From positions 1-64,000 of the forward strand of contig CAVQUB010000022.1 of assembly GCA_963716725.1 (NCBI GenBank): a DNA stretch of 64,000 nucleotides. Reading direction: 5' to 3'. The stretch is from an uncultured delta proteobacterium. GTDB taxonomy: Bacteria > Myxococcota_A > Polyangia > Polyangiales > Polyangiaceae. How positions within the stretch are numbered: position 1 is the stretch's first letter; each line of letters opens with the position of its first letter. Of this stretch, positions 13,691-23,272 are shown piece by piece. A program made the translations under genes and the position numbers. The notes beneath the pieces were generated by a model that saw nothing but the letters and a program-made list of their open reading frames with translations, was not told the origin of the DNA and did no database searches.

Positions 13691-14421
13691 GTTCCGCCCC
13701 GGGTGATCATTCCGAAGTGGCAGCCCACCAGGGCGATGATGGCGCCGAAGAAGGGCGTCTTCAGCATGCCGCTGATGAAGTCCTTCATGGTGACGGTGCC
13801 CAGCGCGCTGTAAAAGAAGAAGCTCGCGGGGATACCGCACTGAAAGTCGGTGATCAACATCGCGCCCGTGAAGCCGAGCACGAGGGCGAGGGCGCCGAGG
13901 ACCGGCATCACGAGGATTGAGGCGATCAGCCGCGGCAACACCAGCTTCTTGTAGGGATCGGCGCCCAGGGCCCGCAGGGCGTCGATCTGCTCGGTGACGG
14001 CCATGGATCCGACCTCGGCGGCCATGCCGGCCCCGATGCGGCCGCCGACGATGACGGCGGTCAAGGTCGGCGCAAGCTCGCGCGCAAACGACAGACCGAC
14101 CACGCGCCCGGTGTACTCCATGCCGCCGAACTTGCGCAGGCCGAAGGCAAACTGCACCGCCATCACCATGCCGATGAAGACGCTGGTCACGATCACGATG
14201 CCCAGGGACTTGACGCCCAGCGACTCGAGCTGCGTGATGATCGCGCGGCCTTCGAAGGGTCGCTTGAAGAGCGCGCGAGTCGTGCGCCAGGTCATCTCCG
14301 CCACCATGCCCAGGTGGTGCAAGAAGCCGAGCAGGCGCAGCGACATATCCGGTTCTTCGACGGGACGCGGCACCAGGCTCATGCGCCCAGAAGTCGGCTC
14401 GGTGTCGGCGGGCTCGGTCAT
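13684..14421 (-). CDS. mlaE: MlaE-family ABC permease, 3' end lost at junction
   Basis: RELAPTLTAVIVGGRIGAGMAAEVGSM.VTEQIDALRALG and LVLPRLIA motifs; ends at ITRGGTAG. Confidence 0.88.
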
Positions 14422-14424
14422 CGT

Positions 14425-14910
14425 TCAGCTCAGCGTGGTGAACCCGCGCACGAATCCGTCAAAGTCTTGGACGGTCGAGCCGTCGTGGCCAATGCGCAAG
14501 AAGTCGTAGACGCAGCCGTTCTTCTTCAGCACGACGACCGTGAAGTGCTTGGGCACGCCGTCCAGTTTGGCCAGGAGTACGGTGCGCAGCGCGTCGCGAC
14601 CGTCGAGCGCCAGCTTGGACTGGCCTGCGACCTGGCGCTCGGTGAAATGCAGGAAGAGATGGTGGGTGAGCGATTCGAGGGGGACGTCGTCGCCGTCTTT
14701 GCCGCAACGCCCGTTGACCGCGATGGTCGCGCCACCGCTGCGATCGCGGAAGGCCAGCAGGGTGTGGTCGGCCTCGATCAGCTGCCAGTCTTCGGGCACC
14801 GGGCCGACTCGAAATGCGGACTCGCCGCTCCGGTAGACCGTGCCGTCGAACGCAGCGCTCGAGCAGGCGAAAGCCAACAGGCCGATCAGCAGCGAGATCA
14901 CACGCGCCAT
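14425..14910 (-). CDS. Putative lipoprotein
   Basis: Hydrophobic signal ending LAFAC; 3 nt upstream of mlaE. Confidence 0.65.
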   Translation of the reverse strand: MARVISLLIGLLAFACSSAAFDGTVYRSGESAFRVGPVPEDWQLIEADHTLLAFRDRSGGATIAVNGRCGKDGDDVPLESLTHHLFLHFTERQVAGQSKLALDGRDALRTVLLAKLDGVPKHFTVVVLKKNGCVYDFLRIGHDGSTVQDFDGFVRGFTTLS

Positions 14911-15025
14911 GGGGGCCCGACGTTAGCACCGGTGGGCGCGGCGGGGTCCTGGCCTGCCGGCCGGTGAGCGGCGGCGCTTCGGCTGGGCTCGCGCGCCCCG
15001 CTCGGTGGACTTACCTTGTCCCGCC

Positions 15026-15793
15026 ATGATCCCGATCCGCGATGAGAACCCCCGCCGGACCGCCCCGGTGGTGAACATCGCGTTGATCGCGCTGAACGTC
15101 GCCGTCTGGCTGGTCGAGTGGCTCGTGCTCTCCCGGGGGAGCGACGCGGTCATCTCGGGCTACGGCCTCGTCCCGGCGCGGCTGCTCGCCGATCCGGGCG
15201 CCGACGCCATCACGGTCGTGACCAGCATGTTCCTGCACGGCAGCTGGGGCCACCTCCTCGGGAACGTGCTGTTCCTCCACGTCTTCGGCGACAACGTCGA
15301 AGACGCCCTGGGGCACGGGCGCTACCTCGCCTTCTATCTGCTCGCCGGACTCGCGGCGGCGCTCGCGCAGATCGGCATCGACCCGGGCAGCGCAATTCCG
15401 ATGGTCGGCGCCTCGGGTGCCATCGCGGGCGTGCTCGGCGCCTACTTGGTGCTCTATCCCCGGGCGCCCATCGTCGTGCTCAACCCGGTCTTCCCGCTCT
15501 GGTTCGTGTTCGGTGTCCTGCTCAGCTTCCCGGCTTGGTTCGTGGTTGGAGAGTGGTTCGTGTGGAACCTCCTGCGCGGCGTGGCGTCGCTGTCGCTCCC
15601 GACCACCGGTGGCGTGGCGTTCTTCGCCCATCTCGGCGGCTTCGTGCTGGGACTGCTCGCCGTTCGCCCCTTCATGACCGGGCGGGAGCGACGAAGGGCG
15701 AAGCCCTGGCACGGATTCCGTGCGTCGCCGGGGGAGCGGCCGCGCGTCGAGGAGGACCGCGGTGGACCCCGTCGCGATCCCTGGGCGTGGTAG
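15026..15793 (+). CDS. Rhomboid family intramembrane serine protease
   Basis: TSMFLHG..HLLGN, GASGAIAG and AHLGGF motifs. Confidence 0.92.
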   Translation: MIPIRDENPRRTAPVVNIALIALNVAVWLVEWLVLSRGSDAVISGYGLVPARLLADPGADAITVVTSMFLHGSWGHLLGNVLFLHVFGDNVEDALGHGRYLAFYLLAGLAAALAQIGIDPGSAIPMVGASGAIAGVLGAYLVLYPRAPIVVLNPVFPLWFVFGVLLSFPAWFVVGEWFVWNLLRGVASLSLPTTGGVAFFAHLGGFVLGLLAVRPFMTGRERRRAKPWHGFRASPGERPRVEEDRGGPRRDPWAW

Positions 15794-15807
15794 GCTGCGC
15801 GCCCTCG

Positions 15808-16805
15808 ATGACCACGGTCCGAATCTACAACACGCTCAGCCGAAACGTGGAGCCGCTCCAGCCGCGGCACGACCAGAAGGTGAGCGTCTACTGCTGCGGG
15901 CCCACCGTGTACGACGTGCCGCATGCCGGACACGCGAGGGCCGCGGTGGCCTTCGACGTGTTGGTGCGGCACCTGCGCGCGCGGGGCTACGACGTCACTT
16001 ACGTGCGCAACATCACGGACATCGACGACAAGATCCTGGCCCGATCCAAGGAGAGCGGCGAGGAGCCGCTGGCGTTGTCGAAGCGCATGGCCGAGGTCTA
16101 CCGGCAGCAAATCGCCGCCGTGGGCTGCGATCGGCCGACCCACGAGCCCCAGGTCAGCGACCATCTGCCGGAGATCTTCGAGATCGTTCAGAAGCTCATC
16201 GACCAAGACGCCGCCTACGTGGTGGACATGCCCGGCGGCACCCGCGACGTCTACTTCCGCGTGCGCAGCGACGCGGACTACGGCAAGCTCTCCGGCCGCG
16301 ACGTGGACTCGATGATGGCGGGCGCGCGCGTGGCCGAGTGGCGAGAAGAAGCGGGACCCGGCGGACTTCGCTCTCTGGAAGGGCGCGAAGCCGGGCGAAC
16401 CGTCGTGGGACAGCCCGTGGGGGCCCGGTCGGCCGGGCTGGCATATCGAGTGCTCGGCAATGTCCTACCGTTACCTGGGCGCGACGCTGGACATTCACGG
16501 CGGCGGCCAGGACCTGATCTTTCCGCACCACGAGAACGAGATTGCTCAGGCGGAGGCGTTCACCGGCGTCAAGCCGCTTCGTGCGCTACTGGGTGCACAA
16601 CGGCTGGCTGACGCTCGACGAAGAGAAGATGAGCAAGTCGCTCGGCACTTCGTGACCGTGAGCGACGTGCTCGAGCGCAACGATCCGGAGGCCTTCCGCT
16701 GGTCTCGTCCTCGCGCACTACCGCGGCCCGATCCAGTTCGACATCGAGAAGCTCGACGACGGCCGCGGCGGTGTTCCCGGGCGTCGACGAAGCCGAGCGT
16801 CGCGT
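15808..16805 (+). CDS. cysS: Cysteinyl-tRNA synthetase, multiply frameshifted and 3'-truncated in this consensus
   Basis: [13 protein letters not shown] (HIGH), [26 protein letters not shown] and KMSKS motifs lie in different frames. The anticodon-binding domain is absent. Confidence 0.88.
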
Positions 16806-17535
16806 GCCGATGAACAGGCGGTGCGCGAAGTTTCGCTCGAGCTTCGCCCTGAGCACCTTCTCGGCGGCCGTCTCGATGTCGTACTCGACGCGCTTGAACT
16901 CGAAGCGCTTCTTGTCCGTGTCGTAGACCGTGTAGCTCGCGCGGTTGTCGTAGTCGCGGGGCTGGCCGACCGAGCCGACGCTCACGATGTACTTCTTGTT
17001 CGGCTCGAGGTGGAAGTGAGCACGACGGGAGGCAGCTCCTCGACGCCGTTCCGGGTAAAGCGAACACCTTGCACAGGTGCGAGTGCCCGACCATCGTGAG
17101 GTGTGCCAGCTCGTCCCAGATGGGGAGGCATTCGCGCGCCTGCTCGGGCGCGAAGATGCTCTCGAACTCCTCGAGGGCGCCACCGGCGAGCCGTGGCAGA
17201 GCAGCACGTTGAACTCGTCGATCATGTGCTCGTCGGGAAACTCCCACCGGACATGTCTCGGCGGAGAGCATCGACACGTGGACGTCGAGCGCATGCGCGC
17301 CACCTCGTGATGACCCGGTCGTCCATCCGCCGGAGACGGCCGCGTCGTGGTTGCCGAGGATGGTCAGGTATTGCACAGCTCGCGAATCGAATCGCGGCGC
17401 TCGTTCGGCAAGCTTCGCCGTCACCGACCGTGTCACCGAGGCAGTAGTAGCGATCGATGCTCTCGGCGCGTGCGCCTCGAGTACTGCGCTGAGCGCCTTT
17501 GCCGTCGTTCGCGTGCGCGTCTGAGAAGATGAGCA
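16806..17535 (-). CDS. Metallophosphoesterase (calcineurin-like), heavily frameshifted
   Basis: SDAHAN, CLGDTVG, LGNHD, CHGSP, GHSH and GSVGQPRD motifs are spread over several minus frames. Confidence 0.75.
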
Positions 17536-18105
17536 CGGCCTCGAGCGCGTCGGTGACGCGGCCCTTCACCCCGCGCGAGCCGTCCTCGGTCGTGACGTGG
17601 AGCTCGCAGAGCGCGGCGAGGTCGTCGTCGAGCGGGAGATCCTTCGCGGTGCGGCCGCCGTAGATCGCCATCGGTCGTTTGCCCGTCGCGCCAACGATCG
17701 CGCGAGAAAGATCAGCGGAGCCACGCCGACTCCCCCGGCCACCAAGATGGGGCGACGCCCTGGCGACGGCGCGCGCCAGGGAACGCCCAGGGGACCCAAG
17801 AGCGAGAAGGGTTCACCGGGCTCCGCCCGGGCCATGCGCGTCGTGCCTTCGCCGACGACCTTGATCAAGATCGAGGGAGTTGTGCCCCCGCCGAGGTAGC
17901 TCATCGGCCGCGGCAAGAGCGGAGCGTCGCCCCACTCTGCCCCTCGCACCATCAAGAAGTGACCGGGGCGCGCGCCGAGGTCTTTGCGCACGTCGAAGGT
18001 GAGCACCTGATAGGCCGCGCCCATGCTCTCGCGGCGCAGCAGGGGCGCGACGAGCTGGGTGCGCCGGGGCGTTGCAGAGGTGAGCATCTCAGGCGAGATC
18101 TTCAT
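17536..18105 (-). CDS. pyrK: Dihydroorotate dehydrogenase electron-transfer subunit, frameshifted and 3'-truncated
   Basis: LLPRPMS, GPLG, LVAGGVGVAPL and TEDGS.G.KG.VTD motifs. The 2Fe-2S C-terminus is missing. Confidence 0.7.
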
Positions 18106-18586
18106 CGTCGTGGCCGGGCAGCATCTGGCCGGTGTTGGGGTCGAAGCTGAGCTTCATCTCGATGGCGTCCTCGGAGTTGTCGGCGTAGTAGCCGCGGCGG
18201 ACCGCGAGCGTTGAAAAGCCCAGCGAACGGTAGAGCTGGATCGCCGCCAGATTGGACCGGCGCACCTCCAGTAGCACGAGACGCACCCGATCGCGCGAGG
18301 CTCGGTCCAGCGCCTGGGAAAGCAGGGCGCGCGCGGCGCCGTGCCGGCGGAATTCCGGGTGGGTCGCGACGTTGATGACGTGCAGCTCGTCCGCGACCGA
18401 CCAGGTCAGGAGCACGGCGATGGCCTCCGAGCCGGGCGTCACGCGCGCAACGGTCAGCCTGCCCCAAGTCCGCGCGGCTTCCTTGTCTAAATCCATGGAC
18501 TGCTGCGCGAGCTCGGCGATGAGCGTCACGCGCGCGCGGTCGCTGGCGGTCATGGGCTCGACGATCATGCGCGCGCGAGCAAACAT
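18089..18586 (-). CDS. rimI: GNAT N-acetyltransferase, RimI-like
   Basis: DELHVINVAT, RRHG, LEVRRSN.AA..LY...GF and R.GYY...EDA motifs. Confidence 0.82.
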   Translation of the reverse strand: MFARARMIVEPMTASDRARVTLIAELAQQSMDLDKEAARTWGRLTVARVTPGSEAIAVLLTWSVADELHVINVATHPEFRRHGAARALLSQALDRASRDRVRLVLLEVRRSNLAAIQLYRSLGFSTLAVRRGYYADNSEDAIEMKLSFDPNTGQMLPGHDDEDLA

Positions 18587-18607
18587 CTGGGCGAGTCCGC
18601 GCGCAAC

Positions 18608-20571
18608 TCAACCCAGAGTCCAAGCACGAACCGCCACGAGCGCCGCATCGAGCGCGAGCAGAGAGTGCCGTCTCCGCGCAAGATGGCGCCGCTGTACGGC
18701 CCGCTCTGGGAGAGCAGCGCGGGCAGCGGCCGCAGGTTGCACTCCTCGACCTCGCCCACCGCGTCGATGCCCACGCTCACGGCGGGGATGCCCCGAAGCG
18801 AGAGCTCGAGGGAGAGCGCAGAGGGAGCGGGCGCGCTTTCCCCCAGGCAAGCCAGCAGGGGCACCGGAGGTCGCGCGGGGTCCGCGCGCTCGATCTTGCC
18901 GGCGAAGCTCACGGGCAGCGCCAAGCGCCAGGTCCCGGCTTCCAACCACAGAACGTCGGTGGTGAAGCGCTCGCTGGGCACCTCCAGCGTCGCCCGCAGC
19001 CCGCTCGCGGGTCCACGTTCGAGCCGAATGGTGCCGCCGAGCCGGCGCACGGTATTGAGCGCGAGATCGAGCCCCACGCCGCGCCCCGCCAGCAGGTCGG
19101 CCTCACGCTTGGTGGTGAGTCCGGGAACGAAGAGCAACGCCAACAGATCGTCGTCGCCGGCGGCGCGGGCTGCCTCGGCGCTGATCGATCCGCAGTCGAC
19201 GGCGGAGCGGCGCACCGATTCGACGTCGACCCCGCGCCCGTCGTCTTCGCATACGATGCGCAGCCAGTCGCCGACCCGCTCGGCGGAGAGCGTCAGGGTT
19301 CCGATCGGATCTTTGCCCGAAGCAGCGCGCTCGTCAGGGCGCTCGATGCCGTGGGCCAGGGCATTGCGTGCGAGTTGCATCAGCGGGTCCACCAACCGCT
19401 CGGCGATTTCGCGATCCACTGGCGCGTCACCGGCCTTGATCAGCACGCGGACGCTTCGCTCCTCGCGTTCGGCCAGGCGCTCGACGGCCGCGCCGATCTT
19501 GCCCAGCATCGACGACAGCGAGGTGCGGCGTACCAGTCCGATCTCACGACGCACGTCGTTTGCGGCGCCCTTCAATCGTTCCGCGCTCTTTCGCCCCAGA
19601 GCGCTGCCCTGTTCGAGCCCGTCCGCCGCGGCGGCCAAAGCGTCGCTCACCGCGTCCAGCATCGCGAGGGCTCTGGCAGGCGGCCCCCAGGGTCGCGGAG
19701 GTCCCAAGAGTCGGAGCGCTTCCGCCAAATCGGCGCGCTGTTCGCGCAGTCGAGCCACCTCGCGGGCGGTCACGGCGGCAGCGCCGGACACTTCGTCTTG
19801 CGCCAGCCGGATCGACTCGACTCGTTCCAGCACGCGTTCCAGTGAAACGCCGTGCACCCGCAGCATCTGCTCGCCGGTGTCCTCTTCGGGTGGGCTCGAG
19901 CCGCGTCGCGCGGGGAACCCCGAGGGACGGCTGGGCCGCACGCTCCTCGGCCGCAAGGTGTCCAGGGCGCTGGTCGGATCGTCGACCAACGAAATCAGGA
20001 CGCTGACGTGCCTCGGCAGCTCCGTCCCGAGCTGCCGAGGATCGAAGTCCGGGCGCCTCAGCGCGGTCTCGAGGCCGTGGCAGTACCAGGTGGTCAGATC
20101 ATCGCCGATGGCGGCCGCGGCGCCCTTCACCGAGTGGACTGCCCGGGTCGCGCCGCTCAGTGCGGCGGCGTCCGAGGGAGCTTCGAGCAACGCCTCGAGC
20201 TCCCCGATGCGTTCGCGGACCGTGGCCTGATACTCGGCGCGATAGCTCGGATCGATGCTCGACGGGCAGAGCCCTGGCGGGGGTTCGGGCCAGCGAGTGT
20301 CGAAGGGCGCACGCCCCGCGCGCAGGCGTGTGCTGGCCTCGCGCAGTAGCTTCAGCGCGTCGCGTCGTGCGCTCGTGTCGCCTTGTCGCAGGCGAGTCGA
20401 GAGCTGAGCCACGACCAGCGACAGATCCGCGTGTCCTGCCATGGCGGACGAGCCGCGGAAGGTGTGCAGCGCCGCGCGAACTTCGCGTGGGTCGGAGTTG
20501 TCGTCTTCGAGGACCGGTAAACGACGCTGGATCTCCTCGGCCAAGAGCGCGTCGAGGTCCGACGAGGTCAC
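18608..20571 (-). CDS. cheA: CheA-like histidine kinase (two Hpt-like segments, HATPase, degenerate CheW); frameshift near 18660
   Basis: LHTFRG and VHSVKG Hpt motifs; RNALAHGIE, DDGRG and GRGVGLD. The C-terminus LLALDAAL...WTLG continues in another frame to 18608. Confidence 0.85.
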
Positions 20572-21344
20572 GGCTCTTCGCCCGGTTCGTCCCGGTATTG
20601 CTCACGCATGAGCTCGAGCAGCGGGCCGAGGGTGGGGCCGAGGGATGCCAAGAGCGAAGCGCGAGCGGGTCGCGCTGCGAGGGCCGTGAGCGCGGTGAGC
20701 AGGGCCCGGGCGTGATCGGCGGCATCGGCGACGATTCGCGCCGTCTCGGGATCGGTTCGCGTGACGTGCTTCACGCGCGAAGCGACCTCCGTGAGCGCCG
20801 TCGACACGTCGCGCTGGGCGGCTTGAACCTGCAAGATGTCCCGGGCCACGTCGGCGGTGCGGGCCTGGGCGCCTTCGACTTGTTCCTTCAGCTTGTCGCG
20901 GTCGCGGTCCATTTGGTCCAGGGCGGCAGCGTGTTGGTCGAGGGCCGACAGACCTCGGGCCGCGTTCGAGCGAGTGTCCTCGGCGACCAACACCAGGGGC
21001 TTGCCCGCCGGATCACCCAGACGCGCGCCCTCGAGCCCGGCGTTGAGCGCCACCATCCGGATCTGTTCCAGCGCCTCCCGCGCTGCGACCACGCTCGCGC
21101 GCGCCTCTCGCGAACGGGTGAACAGCAGCTTCACCGCGTCCACGGTGGCATCGAGCGCGCTGCGTTGCTGCGCGGCGCTCGCGCCCGCGGCTTGGCTCGC
21201 CGAGAGCGCAGACTCGGCCAGGCGCTCGGCGTCTTCAGACGAGCGGAACAAGAGCGCGTCCTCGACGCTCGCCGCATGCGGCTGCCGAGGATGAGCCCGC
21301 GCCGTCTCGCGCAGACCGGCCATCAACCGCCGAGCGAGGCTCAC
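20568..21344 (-). CDS. Short soluble MCP-like signalling-domain protein
   Basis: IRMVALNAGLEGARLG..GK..V.VAEDTR hairpin-tip motif; no TM segment; GTG start overlaps the cheW stop (GTGA). Confidence 0.7.
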   Translation of the reverse strand: MSLARRLMAGLRETARAHPRQPHAASVEDALLFRSSEDAERLAESALSASQAAGASAAQQRSALDATVDAVKLLFTRSREARASVVAAREALEQIRMVALNAGLEGARLGDPAGKPLVLVAEDTRSNAARGLSALDQHAAALDQMDRDRDKLKEQVEGAQARTADVARDILQVQAAQRDVSTALTEVASRVKHVTRTDPETARIVADAADHARALLTALTALAARPARASLLASLGPTLGPLLELMREQYRDEPGEEP

Positions 21345-21691
21345 GCGACAGCCTCCAGCGCCGCCTCTATTTCCGCCGAGACGTCCAGGGGCTCGACCTG
21401 GCGCCCCTGGCGTTCGACACCGCGGTCGCTGGGCGCGAAGAACCCGGTGTCGAGGACCTCGACCCCAGACAGACCCACGACCTCGCCGCGGCTCAGGCAT
21501 ACGACCAGGTGGGGGCCATCGTCCGAGAGGCGCGCCACGGGCACCACCTTGCCCGCGACCCACGCCAACCCGAGGGGGCTGCCGGGCACCGGCGACAGCC
21601 GCGGTTGGGAGTGCACGCTGTGCACGATCAGCGCCGGCAAGAAGCGTTCTTCGCCGCGAACCGACACGATCACGCCGGCGCTGCTCGCCAT
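21341..21691 (-). CDS. cheW: CheW-like protein
   Basis: SPVPGSP.GL....G.VVPV motif; position in the che operon. Confidence 0.7.
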   Translation of the reverse strand: MASSAGVIVSVRGEERFLPALIVHSVHSQPRLSPVPGSPLGLAWVAGKVVPVARLSDDGPHLVVCLSRGEVVGLSGVEVLDTGFFAPSDRGVERQGRQVEPLDVSAEIEAALEAVA

Positions 21692-23091
21692 CAGTTGGCG
21701 CTCCGGCGCCGCACCAAGCGCGAGTTCAAGAATTGGTAGATGATCTTGCAGACCTCGAAGGAGCTGCCTTCCATGAACTCGACGACCTCGCGCACCGTGC
21801 GCTCGCCGTCGACTGATTCCAGCACCGCGAGCTCGCGCTTGGTGAGCTTCGACTCGTCACCGTGTCGTTCGATGGCGCCCTCGTCCCGCGCGATGACCTC
21901 TTCGAAATCGAAGGTGCCCTCGATCAGGCGCCACTCGTCCACACGACGGAAACCCTCCATCACCAGCGCGCTGGTCGATAGACCGAGGCGCACCGTCGAA
22001 ACCTCGGGCGGAATGCCCACGGTGAAGGTGAAGCGACCGGTCTTCCAGCGCACCACTTCGTACACGAGCTCGGAGGTCTGGCGGGTGATGGCGTGGGTGA
22101 CCGCCTCCGGCTCCACCAAGCCGAGCTCCTTGAGCACGTCGCCCAGCAGGCGCCGCGAGCCGGATCGCTCGGCCAACACGGTGTCCAGGTCTTCGCGGCC
22201 GATGGATCCCGACTCGACCAGGTAGCGCCCCAAGAGGAACTCGTCGCGGACGCCGCGGGATCGGGCGAAGTCGATGTTGCCCTCGCGGACGAACAAGGTG
22301 ATCTCGCTCTTGTTGTTGGAGATCACCAGGCCGCCGGTCTGATGCTGCAGGTGCAAGAGCTGGAGGATTTCGGCGATGGAAATCACCGACACGTCGCCGG
22401 CCAATACGTCTTGGGTGTTTTCACCGAAGTCGAGGGTGCGCAGCAGGCTGGTCAGTGAGCCCATGTTTTCCGGAGTGATGGCCCGGGCCACGGCCTCGCC
22501 CAGCCTCTTCACCGAGTCCGGCGCGATGCCCGACTGCGTCGCGAGCTCCGGCGTGACCAGCCTGACCAGCGCAGCCGAAAACAGCGACGCCGTCTGCGCG
22601 CGCCGCAGCGCCGGATCGACGCTGGGCACGACCTGGCTGGGCACCATGGCTTCTTCGGCGATGGTCGACTCGTCGGGCATGGCGCCCGCCTCGGGCACCA
22701 CCGGACCACGACCCTCCTGGTGCTTCTTCAGCGCGCCCTCGACCACCGCGATCAGGCCGCGAGCGTCAAAGGGCTTGGTGATGGCGTCGATGGCCCCGGT
22801 CTGTTGCACGAACTGACCCCGGATCTTGTCGCCCTTGGCGCTCATCAGCACCACGGGCACGTTGGCGCGCTCCGGATGCGCGCGCAGCTCGCGACAGAAC
22901 TGGTAGCCGTTCATGCGCGGCATCACGAAGTCGAGCAAGATCAGATCGAACTCGACGCCCGACTTGATCTTGATCAGCGCGTCCTGGCCGTCTTCGGCGG
23001 TGACGGCGTCGTAGCTCTTCGACGTCAAGATCGACGCCACGACCTTGCGGATCGTGGGGCTGTCGTCGACGACGAGGATGCGCGCGCCCAT
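21691..23091 (-). CDS. Response regulator with DUF4388/PatA-like output domain
   Basis: ILVVDDS, LLDFVMP and KPF receiver motifs; LAGD...EILQLL....TG.L segment. Confidence 0.85.
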   Translation of the reverse strand: MGARILVVDDSPTIRKVVASILTSKSYDAVTAEDGQDALIKIKSGVEFDLILLDFVMPRMNGYQFCRELRAHPERANVPVVLMSAKGDKIRGQFVQQTGAIDAITKPFDARGLIAVVEGALKKHQEGRGPVVPEAGAMPDESTIAEEAMVPSQVVPSVDPALRRAQTASLFSAALVRLVTPELATQSGIAPDSVKRLGEAVARAITPENMGSLTSLLRTLDFGENTQDVLAGDVSVISIAEILQLLHLQHQTGGLVISNNKSEITLFVREGNIDFARSRGVRDEFLLGRYLVESGSIGREDLDTVLAERSGSRRLLGDVLKELGLVEPEAVTHAITRQTSELVYEVVRWKTGRFTFTVGIPPEVSTVRLGLSTSALVMEGFRRVDEWRLIEGTFDFEEVIARDEGAIERHGDESKLTKRELAVLESVDGERTVREVVEFMEGSSFEVCKIIYQFLNSRLVRRRSAN

Positions 23092-23272
23092 GAGCGGCGC
23101 TATTGTAGGCGGGTCATGCTGGACCGACGCAAGAAGGGGAAAGCGCGGACGGGCGGCTCGGGCATCGTCCCGGAGGAGCCCGCCGTGTGGAGCGCCCTCG
23201 AGCGCGCCGGGCTGGTGGTGGTGATGGGGGAAAAACTCCGTGCAAAGCCGGGTCCTGTCCCGCGCCCGAGGC

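Noticed and set aside
12949..14421. Novel MlaE-diguanylate cyclase fusion protein (490 aa)
   Set aside because: The fusion point coincides with the composition switch and both halves are truncated, so it is a chimeric artefact.
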